A stretch of DNA of 64,000 bases from Octopus vulgaris (GCA_951406725.2 OX597832.1:24490001-24554000), one strand, 5' to 3'. Numbered from the stretch's first letter, positions 12,957 through 25,724 are shown. The notes: generated by a model from the sequence alone, not told the origin. Program-made: numbers and translations.

Positions 12957-15900
12957 TCTTTTTCATCAAGGAATTCTTTATTGATTGTTTCGTCTTCCTC
13001 GACGATGGCCACCTTTGTTATGCTACTAAAATGCTTCCCGTTATCTGGTTATCATGGTGGTAACGAGGGGGTTTTCATTGGCCACCCTTCTTTTCATCAA
13101 GGAATTCTTTATTGATTGTTTCGTCTTTCTCGACGATGGCCAGCTTTGTTATGCTACTAAAATGCTTCCCGTTATCTGGTTATCATGGTGGTAACGAGGG
13201 GGTTTTCATTGGCCACCCTTCTTTTCATCAAGGAATTCTTTATTGATTGTTTCGTCTTTCTCGACGATGGCCACCTTTGTTATGCTACTAAAATGCTTCC
13301 CGTTATCTGGTTATCATGGTGGTAACGAGGGGGTTTTCATTGGCCACCCTTCTTTTCATCAAGGAATTCTTTATTGATTGTTTCGTCTTCCTCGACGATG
13401 GCCACCTTTGTTATGCTACTAAAATGCTTCCCGTTATCTGGTTATCATGGTGGTAACGAGGGTGTTTTCATTGGCCACCCTTCTTTTCATCAAGGAATTC
13501 TTTATTGATTGTTTCGTCTTCCTCGACGATGGCCACCTTTGTTATGCTACTAATATGCTTCCCGTTATCTGGTTATCATGGTGGTAACGAGGGGGTTTTC
13601 ATTGGCCACCCTTCTTTTCATCAAGGAATTCTTTATTGATTGTTTCGTCTTCCTCGACGATGGCCAGCTTTGTTATGCTACTAAAATGCTTCCCGTTATC
13701 TGGTTATCATGGTGGTAACGAGGGGTTTTCATTGGCCACCCTTCTTTTCATCAAGGAATTCTTTATTGATTGTTTCGTCTTCCTCGACGATGGCCACCTT
13801 TGTTATGCTACTAAAATGCTTCCCGTTATCTGGTTATCATGGTGGTAACGAGGGGGTTTTCATTGGCCACCCTTCTTTTCATCAAGGAATTCTTTATTGA
13901 TTGTTTCGTCTTCCTCGACGATGGCCACCTTTGTTATGCTACTAAAATGCTTCCCGTTATCTGGTTATCATGGTGGTAACGAGGGGGTTTTCATTGGCCA
14001 CCCTTCTTTTCATCAAGGAATTCTTTATTGATTGTTTCGTCTTCCTCGACGATGGCCACCTTTGTTATGCTACTAAAATGCTTCCCGTTATCTGGTTATC
14101 ATGGTGGTAACGAGGGGGTTTTCATTGGCCACCCTTCTTTTCATCAAGGAATTCTTTATTGATTGTTTCGTCTTCCTCGACGATGGCCACCTTTGTTATG
14201 CTACGAAAATGCTTCCCGTTATCTGGTTATCATGGTGGTAACGAGGGGGTTTTCATTGGCCACCCTTCTTTTCATCAAGGAATTCTTTATTGATTGTTTC
14301 GTCTTTCTCGACGATGGCCACCTTTGTTATGCTACTAAAATGCTTCCCGTTATCTGGTCATCATGGTGGTAACGAGGGGGTTTTCATTGGCCACCCTTCT
14401 TTTCATCAAGGAATTCTTTATTGATTGTTTCGTCTTCCTCGACGATGGCCAGCTTTGTTATGCTACTAAAATGCTTCCCGTTATCTGGTTATCATGGTGG
14501 TAACGAGGGGGTTTTCATTGGCCACCCTTCTTTTCATCAAGGAATTCTTTATTGATTGTTTCGTCTTCCTCGACGATGGCCACCTTTGTTATGCTACTAA
14601 AATGCTTCCCGTTATCTGGTTATCATGGTGGTAACGAGGGGGTTTTCATTGGCCACCCTTCTTTTCATCAAGGAATTCTTTATTGATTGTTTCGTCTTTC
14701 TCGACGATGGCCACCTTTGTTATGCTACTAAAATGCTTCCCGTTATCTGGTTATCATGGTGGTAACGAGGGGGTTTTCATTGGCCACCCTTCTTTTCATC
14801 AAGGAATTCTTTATTGATTGTTTCGTCTTCCTCGACGATGGCCACCTTTGTTATGCTACTAAAATGCTTCCCGTTATCTGGTTATCATGGTGGTAACGAG
14901 GGGTTTTCATTGGCCACCCTTCTTTTCATCAAGGAATTCTTTATTGATTGTTTCGTCTTTCTCGACGATGGCCACCTTTGTTATGCTACTAAAATGCTTC
15001 CCGTTATCTGGTTATCATGGTGGTAACGAGGGGGTTTTCATTGGCCACCCTTCTTTTCATCAAGGAATTCTTTATTGATTGTTTCGTCTTCCTCGACGAT
15101 GGCCAGCTTTGTTATGCTACTAAAATGCTTCCCGTTATCTGGTTATCATGGTGGTAACGAGGGGGTTTTCATTGGCCACCCTTCTTTTCATCAAGGAATT
15201 CTTTATTGATTGTTTCGTCTTTCTCGACGATGGCCACCTTTGTTATGCTACTAAAATGCTTCCCGTTATCTGGTTATCATGGTGGTAACGAGGGGGTTTT
15301 CATTGGCCACCCTTCTTTTCATCAAGGAATTCTTTATTGATTGTTTCGTCTTCCTCGACGATGGCCACCTTTGTTATGCTACTAAAATGCTTCCCGTTAT
15401 CTGGTTATCATGGTGGTAACGAGGGGGTTTTCATTGGCCACCCTTCTTTTCATCAAGGAATTCTTTATTGATTGTTTCGTCTTCCTCGACGATGGCCACC
15501 TTTGTTATGCTACTAAAATGCTTCCCGTTATCTGGTTATCATGGTGGTAACGAGGGGGTTTTCATTGGCCACCCTTCTTTTCATCAAGGAATTCTTTATT
15601 GATTGTTTCGTCTTTCTCGACGATGGCCACCTTTGTTATGCTACTAAAATGCTTCCCGTTATCTGGTTATCATGGTGGTAACGAGGGGGTTTTCATTGGC
15701 CACCCTTCTTTTCATCAAGGAATTCTTTATTGATTGTTTCGTCTTCCTCGACGATGGCCACCTTTGTTATGCTACTAAAATGCTTCCCGTTATCTGGTTA
15801 TCATGGTGGTAACGAGGGGGTTTTCATTGGCCACCCTTCTTTTCATCAAGGAATTCTTTATTGATTGTTTCGTCTTCCTCGACGATGGCCACCTTTGTTA

Positions 15901-17278
15901 TGCTACTAAAATGCTTCCCGTTATCTGGTTATCATGGTGGTAACGAGGGGGTTTTCATTGGCCACCCTTCTTTTCATCAAGGAATTCTTTATTGATTGTT
16001 TCGTCTTCCTCGACGATGGCCACCTTTGTTATGCTACTAAAATGCTTCCCGTTATCTGGTTATCATGGTGGTAACGAGGGGGTTTTCATTGGCCACCCTT
16101 CTTTTCATCAAGGAATTCTTTATTGATTGTTTCGTCTTCCTCGACGATGGCCACCTTTGTTATGCTACTAAAATGCTTCCCGTTATCTGGTTATCATGGT
16201 GGTAACGAGGGGGTTTTCATTGGCCACCCTTCTTTTCATCAAGGAATTCTTTATTGATTGTTTCGTCTTTCTCGACGATGGCCACCTTTGTTATGCTACT
16301 AAAATGCTTCCCGTTATCTGGTTATCATGGTGGTAACGAGGGGGTTTTCATTGGCCACCCTTCTTTTCATCAAGGAATTCTTTATTGATTGTTTCGTCTT
16401 TCTCGACGATGGCCACCTTTGTTATGCTACTAAAATGCTTCCCGTTATCTGGTTATCATGGTGGTAACGAGGGGGTTTTCATTGGCCACCCTTCTTTTCA
16501 TCAAGGAATTCTTTATTGATTGTTTCGTCTTTCTCGACGATGGCCACCTTTGTTATGCTACTAAAATGCTTCCCGTTATCTGGTTATCATGGTGGTAACG
16601 AGGGGGTTTTCATTGGCCACCCTTCTTTTCATCAAGGAATTCTTTATTGATTGTTTCGTCTTTCTCGACGATGGCCACCTTTGTTATGCTACTAAAATGC
16701 TTCCCGTTATCTGGTTATCATGGTGGTAACGAGGGGGTTTTCATTGGCCACCCTTCTTTTCATCAAGGAATTCTTTATTGGTTGTTTCGACTTTCTCGAC
16801 GATGGCCACCTTTGTTATGCTACTAAAATGCTTCCCGTTATCTGGTTATCATGGTGGTAACGAGGGGGTTTTCATTGGCCACCCTTCTTTTCATCAAGGA
16901 ATTCTTTATTGATTGTTTCGTCTTTCTCGACGATGGCCACCTTTGTTATGCTACTAAAATGCTTCCCGTTATCTGGTTATCATGGTGGTAACGAGGGGGT
17001 TTTCATTGGCCACCCTTCTTTTCATCAAGGAATTCTTTATTGATTGTTTCGTCTTTCTCGACGATGGCCACCTTTGTTATGCTACTAAAATGCTTCCCGT
17101 TATCTGGTTATCATGGTGGTAACGAGGGGGTTTTCATTGGCCACCCTTCTTTTCATCAAGGAATTCTTTATTGATTGTTTCGTCTTCCTCGACGATGGCC
17201 ACCTTTGTTATGCTACTAAAATGCTTCCCGTTATCTGGTTATCATGGTGGTAACGAGGGGGTTTTCATTGGCCACCCT
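12957..17278. repeat. Tandem array of a 131-bp unit, ~33 near-identical copies (satellite/minisatellite)
   Basis: Period 131 bp (e.g. 12961 to 13092). One EcoRI site per unit. Only a few recurring variants (ttcc/tttc, ccacct/ccagct, G5/G4). Confidence 0.97.
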
Positions 17279-17459
17279 GCAGGTCAGATCAAAAATAAAC
17301 CATAACCTGTCTACGTTTAGACATTTCACTTTCCAGAAGGTAATCCTCTGTTGCAGCGCCTGCCATTTAGTTTACATATAACGATGTACACCGGTTCAAT
17401 TTTCGGGTGCAAATGCATTCGTTGTTCAGAGTGGGATATGAAAACATACACGCACATTT

Positions 17460-17490
<31 letters not shown>

Positions 17491-17589
17491 CACACACACA
17501 TGACTGTCTGTGTCTGTTTCTGCGTATGGTGTCTGTAAACCGATTTAAGAAGTTAACTCTATTATTCGATAGAGCTCGATAAAATAAAT

Positions 17590-18015
17590 GGATCTTTTCG
17601 GTTTGAACGGCAGTTTTTAACATAATTTCTAGGTAACTAAACAATTTTAAACTTCGTCTACTGGTAGAATGTGTTTATAAAACATCTTTTTCTCTTGGCT
17701 TTATTGAGAAAATTCCATAGTTTGTAAGATATTTGTTGTTTTTTTTCTTCAATTTCTGCAATTTCAACCAATCAATGACGTCTTTTGAGGTAAAAAAACA
17801 TTCTGTGCCGTATGAATATGTCCCTCGTTTAAGAAACAGATTGGGTTTATTTGCATTTCTGAAGAAAAAAGATGCCCTTCCCCTAACCCTAACCCTAACC
17901 CTAACTAACCCTAAAACAGATTGAAATGCAATAGATCGATACTAGGGTCATAATTATGGGTGACAATTTCATATGACACCACTAGAAAAAGTTGCCGTTC
18001 AAACCGAAAAGATCC
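17590..18015. mobile_element. Non-autonomous DNA transposon (MITE), ~29-bp TIRs starting GG, 8-bp TSD, internal (CCCTAA)n; Merlin-like
   Basis: TIRs ggatcttttcggtttgaacggca / tgccgttcaaaccgaaaagatcc. TSD aaataaat at 17582-17589 and 18016-18023. GG termini with an 8-9 bp TSD are typical of Merlin/IS1016 (superfamily call is inference). Confidence 0.8.
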
Positions 18016-18050
18016 AAATAAATATCTAACTGAAATAAATACTGGATATA

Positions 18051-18282
18051 TATTTCTTTACTATCCACAAGGAGCTAAACACAGAGGGGACAAACAAGGA
18101 CAGACAAAGGGATTAAGTCGACTACATCGACCCCAGTGCGTAACTGGTACTTAATTTATCGACCCCGAAAGGATGAAAGGCAAAGTCGACCTCGGCGGAA
18201 TTTGAACTCGGAACGTAACGACAGACGAAATACGGCTACGAATTTCGCCCGGCGTACTAACGTTTCTGCCAGCTCGCCGCCT
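18051..18282 (-). mobile_element. Full-length SINE family C with 15-bp target-site duplication
   Basis: TSD taaatactggatata at 18036-18050 and 18283-18297. Head 'ggcggcgagctggcagaaacgttag', B-box 'gagttcaaattcc'. Confidence 0.9.
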
Positions 18283-18469
18283 TAAATACTGGATATAGTT
18301 ACGTATTTCCTATGAAGTTGCTTGTTGTCATAACATGTCCGTCCTCCGATGAGTGAAAGCTGTAAAACAATAAAGGAAGAAGTATGATTCAAAATGCTAA
18401 CGTAGGCTATTTACATGCAATAAAACATCACATGTAAATGGTACAACGTTACGATACTATTAAATGTTA

Positions 18470-18726
18470 CAATAGTATTAGCGTAAAAATCTGTCCTAAA
18501 AATGAAGCAGACGATCGCACACATAGGCGTAAGCACATAAATATACATTAACGGATAGACAAATATGCAGTCACACACACACACACACGTATACAAACAT
18601 ATTGAAATAGATATATCGACGAAAGCAATAGTATTAGCGTAAAAATCTGTCCTAAAAGTGAAGCAGACGATCACACACATAGGCGTATGCACATAAATAT
18701 ACATTAACGGACAGACAAATATGCAG

Positions 18727-18763
<37 letters not shown>

Positions 18764-18795
18764 AACACATTGAAATAGATATATCAACGAAAGCA
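18470..18795 (+). repeat. Local tandem duplication of ~157 bp
   Basis: 18470-18626 is repeated at 18627-18795 with a few substitutions and a longer (CA)n. Confidence 0.9.
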
Positions 18796-19410
18796 GTAAA
18801 GATAAAAAGCTTAAAGTTTTAGTAAATGTTACACATGAAATGCTAACGTAGAGGTTTCATGGAGAACAAATATGACACATATACTTTATAATAATACCAA
18901 ATAATTCTTGCGGCGAAAGCATAAAAAAACATCCACAACCACTAATCCATGCGCATGCTCACACAGACAGAAAATAAACTCACAGATAGTCACACACATA
19001 GATATATAAAAAACAGAGAAAAAATATAAATGATAAATATTTTCCTAAAATATGTAAAGATAAAATATTTTATCACATATTGTACAATGTTTGTCTGCTG
19101 TTCGATCAAAGACAATAAAACGGGAAGAGAATAATTCGTGACGGAATAATTCGCCCAGAGAGAATGGTGCTAAAATCATGACGTCACATGGGTAAATTTT
19201 TTCTTGTTTTAATGATGTCCTTCATTCCCAGGTAATTAATTGATTAACAATCCTGATTTCTTATTAACGTCGTCATGACCATACTGCAATGTATTCTGCC
19301 AATTTCGCCACACAGAGAAAACGAGAACGAAAGATTGATGAATAGAGAAATAGAAATACAGAGAGACAGTTAGATAAATAGATGATAGATAGATAGAAAG
19401 ATAGATAGAT

Positions 19411-19538
<128 letters not shown>

Positions 19539-19694
19539 AGAATGAGAGAGAAGGTGAGAGAGAGAGAAAGAGAAAAAACGAGACCGAAAGATAGAACGAT
19601 TGATGAATAGAGAAATAGCTGTCCGGATCTTTTGTTGTCCCTTTTTGTATCACCTAGGTGTCCGGATGTTTTGCGTTCTTGTCCCATTTTGTAT

Positions 19695-19762
<68 letters not shown>

Positions 19763-19764
19763 AT

Positions 19765-19923
19765 TTCTCTCTGTCTTTTTTCTCTCCTTGTTTCTTTCTG
19801 TGTTCCTCTCCGTGGAAGAGCGTAGGCTCGAAACGTTAACGACTTTTTTAATTCCAGAGCGTTATCTGTTTGTTTTCTACACCACCAGTCTTTGTCTTTT
19901 TATTTTTTTTGTGAATTCTCCTC

Positions 19924-19925
<2 letters not shown>
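19765..19925 (+). mobile_element. Short microsatellite-embedded repeat with variant hammerhead-like motif (Penelope-derived?)
   Basis: 'gaagagcgtaggctcgaaacgt' core. Other copies at 30910-31078 (-) and 34186-34356 (+). Confidence 0.6.
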
Positions 19926-20010
<85 letters not shown>

Positions 20011-20012
<2 letters not shown>

Positions 20013-20523
20013 CGAGAGTGTTTAGGATGGGTATAATTACCAGCACAGGAATATGTATCATACATCAAAATGAAGCTGGACCTCTGTGGATCCCATCCTT
20101 ATTTCTCAACATAGTCACCGTTTCTCTGAATAGCAATGTTCCACCTTCGAATGAGAGCATGTATCCCTGCCCCGTAAAATTCTGTTGACTGTTCTCTGAG
20201 CCACTTCTTCAGTATAGTTTTCTCATCCTCGTCATTGGAACAATTTGGCGCCTTCAGACTATCATCTCTTCGGCCCCATGAAAGAGAGTTTGAGAGGCAA
20301 ATAATATTCCAGTGACAAGTGAAAACTGTAGTGAAAGAACAGTCAACAGAATTTTACGCGGTAGGGACACATACTCTCATTCGAAGGTGGAACATTGCTA
20401 TTGAGAGAAAAGGTGACTATGTTGAGAAGTAGGGATGTGATTCACAGAGGACCAGTTTCATTTTGTGTTGGTAATCTTACTTGTCCTAAACAAAATGGCA
20501 TTACTTTTTGACTCACCCTCGTA
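20011..20523. mobile_element. Mariner-derived foldback MITE built from two inverted transposon 3' ends
   Basis: ~20066-20195 is reverse-complementary to ~20336-20465. The arm translates ..HTLIRRWNIAIERKGDYVEK* (mariner transposase C-terminus). Ends ta-cgag..ctcg-ta. Confidence 0.75.
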
Positions 20524-20796
20524 TATATATATATAAGTAGTTGAATGAATTATCTTAGTATGGATAATTCGGTTAACCGATACCTGGGTAGCAAATTCAC
20601 GTCAGAAAAACACGGTTGAAGCTACATGCCAAGGGCAGAGATCACGTGCTTTCGTGTGGAAATTTGTGTGTTTTTTTTAAATACAAATTTGTGTGTTTTT
20701 TTAATACAAATTTCTGTGTTTTTTTTCGCTATGGGCTCTGTGTGGGCAGTCATCTAAGAGTTTTTGTTCATCTTGAGGCTGACATAAGTTCGTTGC

Positions 20797-20879
20797 TTTT
20801 CCTGATGAGAAAGCGGCATAATGCACCCCTTATTCCTTCGAAATTAGGAATATGCAGCCTTCGAAACATATGTCGAGAA
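20797..20879 (+). ncRNA. Type I hammerhead ribozyme with canonical core (Penelope pLTR-type)
   Basis: Stem I ttttc/gagaa; CTGATGA 20802-20808; stem II gaaagcggcata/tatgcagccttc; GAAA; palindromic stem III ACATATGT; GUC cleavage triplet ending at 20874. Followed by AATAAA and (TA)n. Confidence 0.8.
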
Positions 20880-20919
20880 TAAAGGAACTTTGTTAAATCG
20901 TCGTTCAACTCCATTCTTT

Positions 20920-21048
<129 letters not shown>

Positions 21049-21049
21049 C

Positions 21050-21183
21050 ATAATTTATATTACAAATAAGAAAGTGGAGGAACACATTAGTTGGTTTATC
21101 AGTTTTAGGATATTAGAATGTTGTCTTAAAGCTGATAAACCAACTAAATTGTTTCTCCATTTTGTTTTTTGTATTATAAATTA
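21050..21183. repeat. Short imperfect foldback
   Basis: ttagttggtttatcagttttagga pairs with tcttaaagctgataaaccaactaa, with degenerate outer arms. Confidence 0.6.
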
Positions 21184-21277
21184 ATGGTAAAATATTTCGT
21201 TACCTTCACCCATTTAATACAAGAATTAAGTTTATTGCATTGCAATTAAAAACACTTGAGTATTAATAATTTGGGTA

Positions 21278-21502
21278 TTCACGTTGCTCCAGTTCACTCA
21301 GCTGTAGAAATGAGTTGCGACGTCACTGGTGCCAAGCTGTATCGACCTTTGTCTTTCCCTTGGATAACACTGGTGGCGTGGAGAGGGAGGCTGGTATGCA
21401 TGGGCGACTGCTGGTCTTCCATAAACAACCTTGCCCAGACTTGTGTCTAGGAGGGTAACTTCCTAGGTGCAATCCCATGGTCATTCATGACCGAAGGGGG
21501 TC
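21278..21502 (+). mobile_element. Headless SINE-like body
   Basis: Starts 'ttcacgttgctccagttcactcagctg', similar to the SINE fragment at 4005-4230. GC-rich island in AT-rich context. Confidence 0.4.
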
Positions 21503-21631
21503 AAGATACTTATTGGATAAGTATTAATCCTTAGTGGGTTGGATCCACAACCCCTAGCTTATTTGGTGGTATATGTATATATATATATATATACGGGTGT
21601 GAGACAAAAAGTAATGGCATATATGTATGTA

Positions 21632-21681
<50 letters not shown>

Positions 21682-21699
21682 CACACATATGTATGTATG

Positions 21700-21742
<43 letters not shown>

Positions 21743-21866
21743 GTGTGTGTGTGTGTGCGTGTCTGTGTATAGATCCGTGTGTCTGTGTATAGATCCGTGT
21801 GTCTGTGTGTGTGTGCGTGTGCGTGTGTTAAGGAATTGTCCTGGTCTTCTTTTTCTTTTCGGTGGG

Positions 21867-21938
<72 letters not shown>

Positions 21939-21953
21939 GTGTACATACATAAA

Positions 21954-22006
<53 letters not shown>

Positions 22007-22374
22007 TATATATATATATGTGCACATGTGAGTGTATGTGCGTGTGCAGTTATAAATATTTCAACACCACAGGAAATGCAGATCAATCAATCAACCGTAA
22101 AAACACTAAGTAAACACAATGTGAAGCTTAAAAAAAGTCTATTATAAAGTATTTTTTCAGTTTAAATATTAAGTCTGTGTCTTGGTGTCTCCTTTTAGAC
22201 GCTTTTAGCAAATCTTCTTACCATAATTCTTGAGAGGTCTCTTCGAAGTTCTGGAGATTATAACCTGTCTGTTATACTTGTCTATACTGCCACGAACACA
22301 CACACACACACACACAGACACACACACAGACACACAGACACACACAGACGCACAGACACACACAGACACACACA

Positions 22375-22407
<33 letters not shown>

Positions 22408-22456
22408 CTGCTTGTATACATACACACGCGCACACACACATATATGTATTTATACA

Positions 22457-22872
22457 TCTCTTTACTCTTTTACTCTTTTACTTGTTTCTGTCATTACTCT
22501 GCGGCCATGCTGGAGCACCACCTTTAGTCGAGCAAATCGACCCCGGGACTTATTCTTTGTAAGCCCAGTATTTATTCTATCGGTCTCTTTTGCCGAACCG
22601 CTAAGTGACGGGGACGTAAATACACCCGCATCGGTTGTCAAGCAATGCTAGGGGGACAAACACAGACACACAAACATATACACACACACTTATATATATA
22701 TACATATATACGACAGGCTTCTTTCAGTTTCCGTCTACCAAATCCACTCACAAGGCATTGGTCGGCCCGGGGCTATAGCAGAAGACACTTGCCCAAGATG
22801 CCACGCAGTGGGACTGAACCCGGAACCATGTGGTTGGTTAGCAAGCTACTTACCACACAGCCACTCCTGCGC
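22457..22872 (-). mobile_element. SINE family A
   Basis: Colinear with 7915-8318 and 27610-28004. Confidence 0.88.
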
Positions 22873-22895
22873 CTCGAGGAAAAAAAATATATATG

Positions 22896-23290
22896 TCTAT
22901 ATATATAAAACTGTAGTTGTGTGAGTGTCTGTCCCCTTCGATTTAGATTCCTAACTACTCCCACATTTTGCGGTGCAGTTTAACCAAAACCGGGTATCTT
23001 ATAGTCGTGATTCATATCGAGCCCTTCTGGGTATTAGCGCGCGTCTACGATGAGTCTACGATTTTAAAAATAATTTACCATCATTTTCTTCCATTTTCAT
23101 GCATATTTTCTTAAAGGGAAGTAACTCTCTAAAAATGTCTTCGATGAGTCAACGATTTAAAAAAAAAATTACCATCATATTTTTTCCATTTTTAATGCTT
23201 TTTTTTTGCTATTTTTTGGCTATAACTCTCTAAAAATGCTGTATAGTTATTTCCCTTACAAACCCGAGCAACGCCGGACGATACTACTAA
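22896..23290 (+). mobile_element. Non-autonomous Helitron-like element
   Basis: 5' TCTATATATATAAA; 3' hairpin region cccgagcaacgccgga followed by a degenerate CTAG (ctaa). Confidence 0.65.
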
Positions 23291-23489
23291 TAAATATATA
23301 TAATTCATTTTCTTTTTGCTTCTCGATAAGATTGTATCTTTAGTGTCAACGTTTTTAAACTTAAGTTTAATGACGCTGTTGTTATATTTGAGGTGGGTTT
23401 GTCTCGTTCCTCCCTATCTTCGTCCCTTCTCTCCTTTGTTTCCCCCTCTCCTCTCCTCCTCTTCTTTATTTATCTATGTTTATCTTATA

Positions 23490-23850
23490 CTAGCAGTATC
23501 GCCCGGCGTTGCTCGGGTTTGTTTCGACCCTTTAGAATTGGAATTTTTGAAAAGTAAAAATTTTGCATTATGTAGCTTGTTATTCTCTATAAGTGAACTA
23601 CACCGAAAAATGGCGACACAGCAGTTAACAAATCGTAAAAAAATAGGGATTTTCATAGAAAAATAGCACCTTTTTGATGTAACATGATCCGTTTTGAAAT
23701 TTTTTCTTCTACGGAAGGAAGAGCAAGCCTTATTCTATCATACTCTCAATTTTGGTCAACTTGCGCTGCAGGGTCTCGGAGGAGATAGTGTTAGTTGAAG
23801 GCTACCAAACCTGCCATACACAGACAACTTCAGCTTTATATATAGAGAGA
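23490..23850 (-). mobile_element. Non-autonomous Helitron-like element
   Basis: Minus strand: A|TCTCTCTATATATAAAGC ... cccgagcaacgccgggcgatactgCTAG|T, giving 5' TC, subterminal hairpin, 3' CTAG and an AT target. Confidence 0.75.
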
Positions 23851-23954
23851 TAACATGTGGTTCAGTCTGGGCATTGTTTCCTATAATTGGTGAAAAAACA
23901 CTGGGTTAAAACATACCCGGTCGAAAGCAGGTCAAAATTACATTATATTCTTTT

Positions 23955-24132
23955 ATTCATTTTGACTGCGGCCATGCTGGAGCACCGCATTTAGTCGAGT
24001 AATTGTCCCCAGGACTTACTATTTGTAAGCGTAGAACTTATTCTGTCGGTCCCTTTTGCCGATCCGCTAAGTTACGGGGACGTAAACACACCAGCATCGG
24101 TTGTCAAGCGATGTTGAGGGAAACTAGCAGAA

Positions 24133-24195
<63 letters not shown>

Positions 24196-24418
24196 TAGAC
24201 ACACACACATACACACACGCACACACACGCCCACACACACACACATACACACACACACATATATATATATACGACGGGCTTCTTTCTGTTTCCGTCTACC
24301 ACATCCACTCAAAAGGCTTTGCTCGGCCCGAGGCTATAGTAGAAGAAACTTGCCCAAGGAGCCACGCAGTGGGACTGAACCCGGAACCATGGGGTTGGTA
24401 AGCAAGCTACTTACCACA
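23955..24418 (-). mobile_element. SINE family A
   Basis: Colinear with the other copies; expanded internal (CA)n. Confidence 0.85.
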
Positions 24419-24520
24419 CGTCGAAAACACAACAGTTTCAAACACATACTCGAAATATACTGGTTGAAAACATATTTATCGTAAACTCTCAAGGCGAAAT
24501 CGCATTTATCTAAAATATAT

Positions 24521-24903
24521 AGGAGCACTCCGTCGGTTACGACGATGAGGGTCCCAGCTGATACGATGAACGGAACAGCTTGCTCGTGGAATTAACGTGC
24601 AAGTGGCTGAGCATTCCACAGACACGTGTACCCTTAACGTAGTTCTCGAGGAGATTCAGCGTGACACAGAGTGTGACAAGGCTGGCCCTTTGAAATACAG
24701 GTACAACAGAAACAGGAAGAAAGAGTGAGAGAAAGTTGTGGTGAAAGAGTACAGCAGGGTTCACCACCACCCCCTGCTGGAGCCTTGTGAATCTGCAGGT
24801 GTTTTCGCTCAATAAACACTCACAATGCTCGGTCTGGGAATCGAAACCGCGATCCTACGACCGCGAGTCCGCTGCCCTAACCACTGGGCCATTGCGCCTC
24901 CAC
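24521..24903 (-). mobile_element. Full-length tRNA-derived SINE family B (tail type 1) with 12-bp TSD
   Basis: Head tggaggcgcaatggcccagtggttagggcagcggactcgcg..ggtttcgattccc. TSD ttatctaaaata at 24506-24517 and 24904-24915. Confidence 0.88.
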
Positions 24904-25605
24904 TTATCTAAAATACACTGGTTTGAAACAAATTGCCAAAAGTGCACTGGGAGGAAAACGTATTCGTCGTAAACACAGAGGTCGAAATACATTTTCTGGA
25001 AAGAATCCTAGTCCGCCAGCTCGCCGCCTTCCATGGATATGCCCTAAGGCTAGTTTCGATCTTGCTGGACTGGGTAAACAGGCGTTTGCTCTCTCACCAC
25101 ACTAGACAAATAGCCACATGGCTGCAGTATGAGGCCACAATTTAATTAAAAGTACCAAATACTCTCGCACCAAGAAACCTTGCGTGTCGTTAGACCAACG
25201 ACATTTGTTATTTGATTCCTGTATCTCATTGTTAGCGGTTCCATTGAGAAAAAGGTTCCTTCTGTTAAATGAACCAATTTCTTTCTCTGGCACGCCAAGA
25301 CCGTCTCCAGTTTCTTACGCCCACACACAATCTTACACATCCATACACACTCACACACTCACTCAAGCACACTTTATGCATACACACACACACACATAAT
25401 CAAATACTTTCGAATGCGTGAGCGTGGTTTTTTCAGGGGTGGGGGTCACACGATCTCCGTCTGTGCCATTGTTTCATTTTAAACTTCATTCAACCCTTTG
25501 TGTCATTCTCTTTTATATCTGCGGTTCAAGTTCTTCTTTTTACCATTTGTCTCTGTCAGTCTGTCTGTCTGTCACTCTGCCTCTCCCTCCTCTCTCTCTC
25601 TGTGC

Positions 25606-25614
<9 letters not shown>

Positions 25615-25659
<45 letters not shown>

Positions 25660-25677
25660 GTATATATATACATATAG

Positions 25678-25724
<47 letters not shown>

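Noticed and set aside
12957-17278. Array as a CRISPR locus or a repeat-protein gene (ORFs 13636-15078)
   Set aside because: No unique spacers, eukaryotic context, unit length not a multiple of 3, and frames close within about two units.
12957-17278. Hammerhead in the satellite unit (minus strand TTGATGA..GAAA) and an integrase-like 'DNGKHF' motif
   Set aside because: I could not build stems I-III around the core. The peptide similarity is only a few residues and needs a frameshift.
17876-17913. (CCCTAA)n as a telomere or fusion site
   Set aside because: Only about four units, internal to a multi-copy MITE.
18340-18375. Minimal hammerhead (CCGATGA-gt-GAAA)
   Set aside because: Core mismatch, no stem II and no stem I pairing.
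24830-24903. tRNA gene
   Set aside because: The tRNA-like sequence is the head of a multi-copy SINE with body, tail and TSD.
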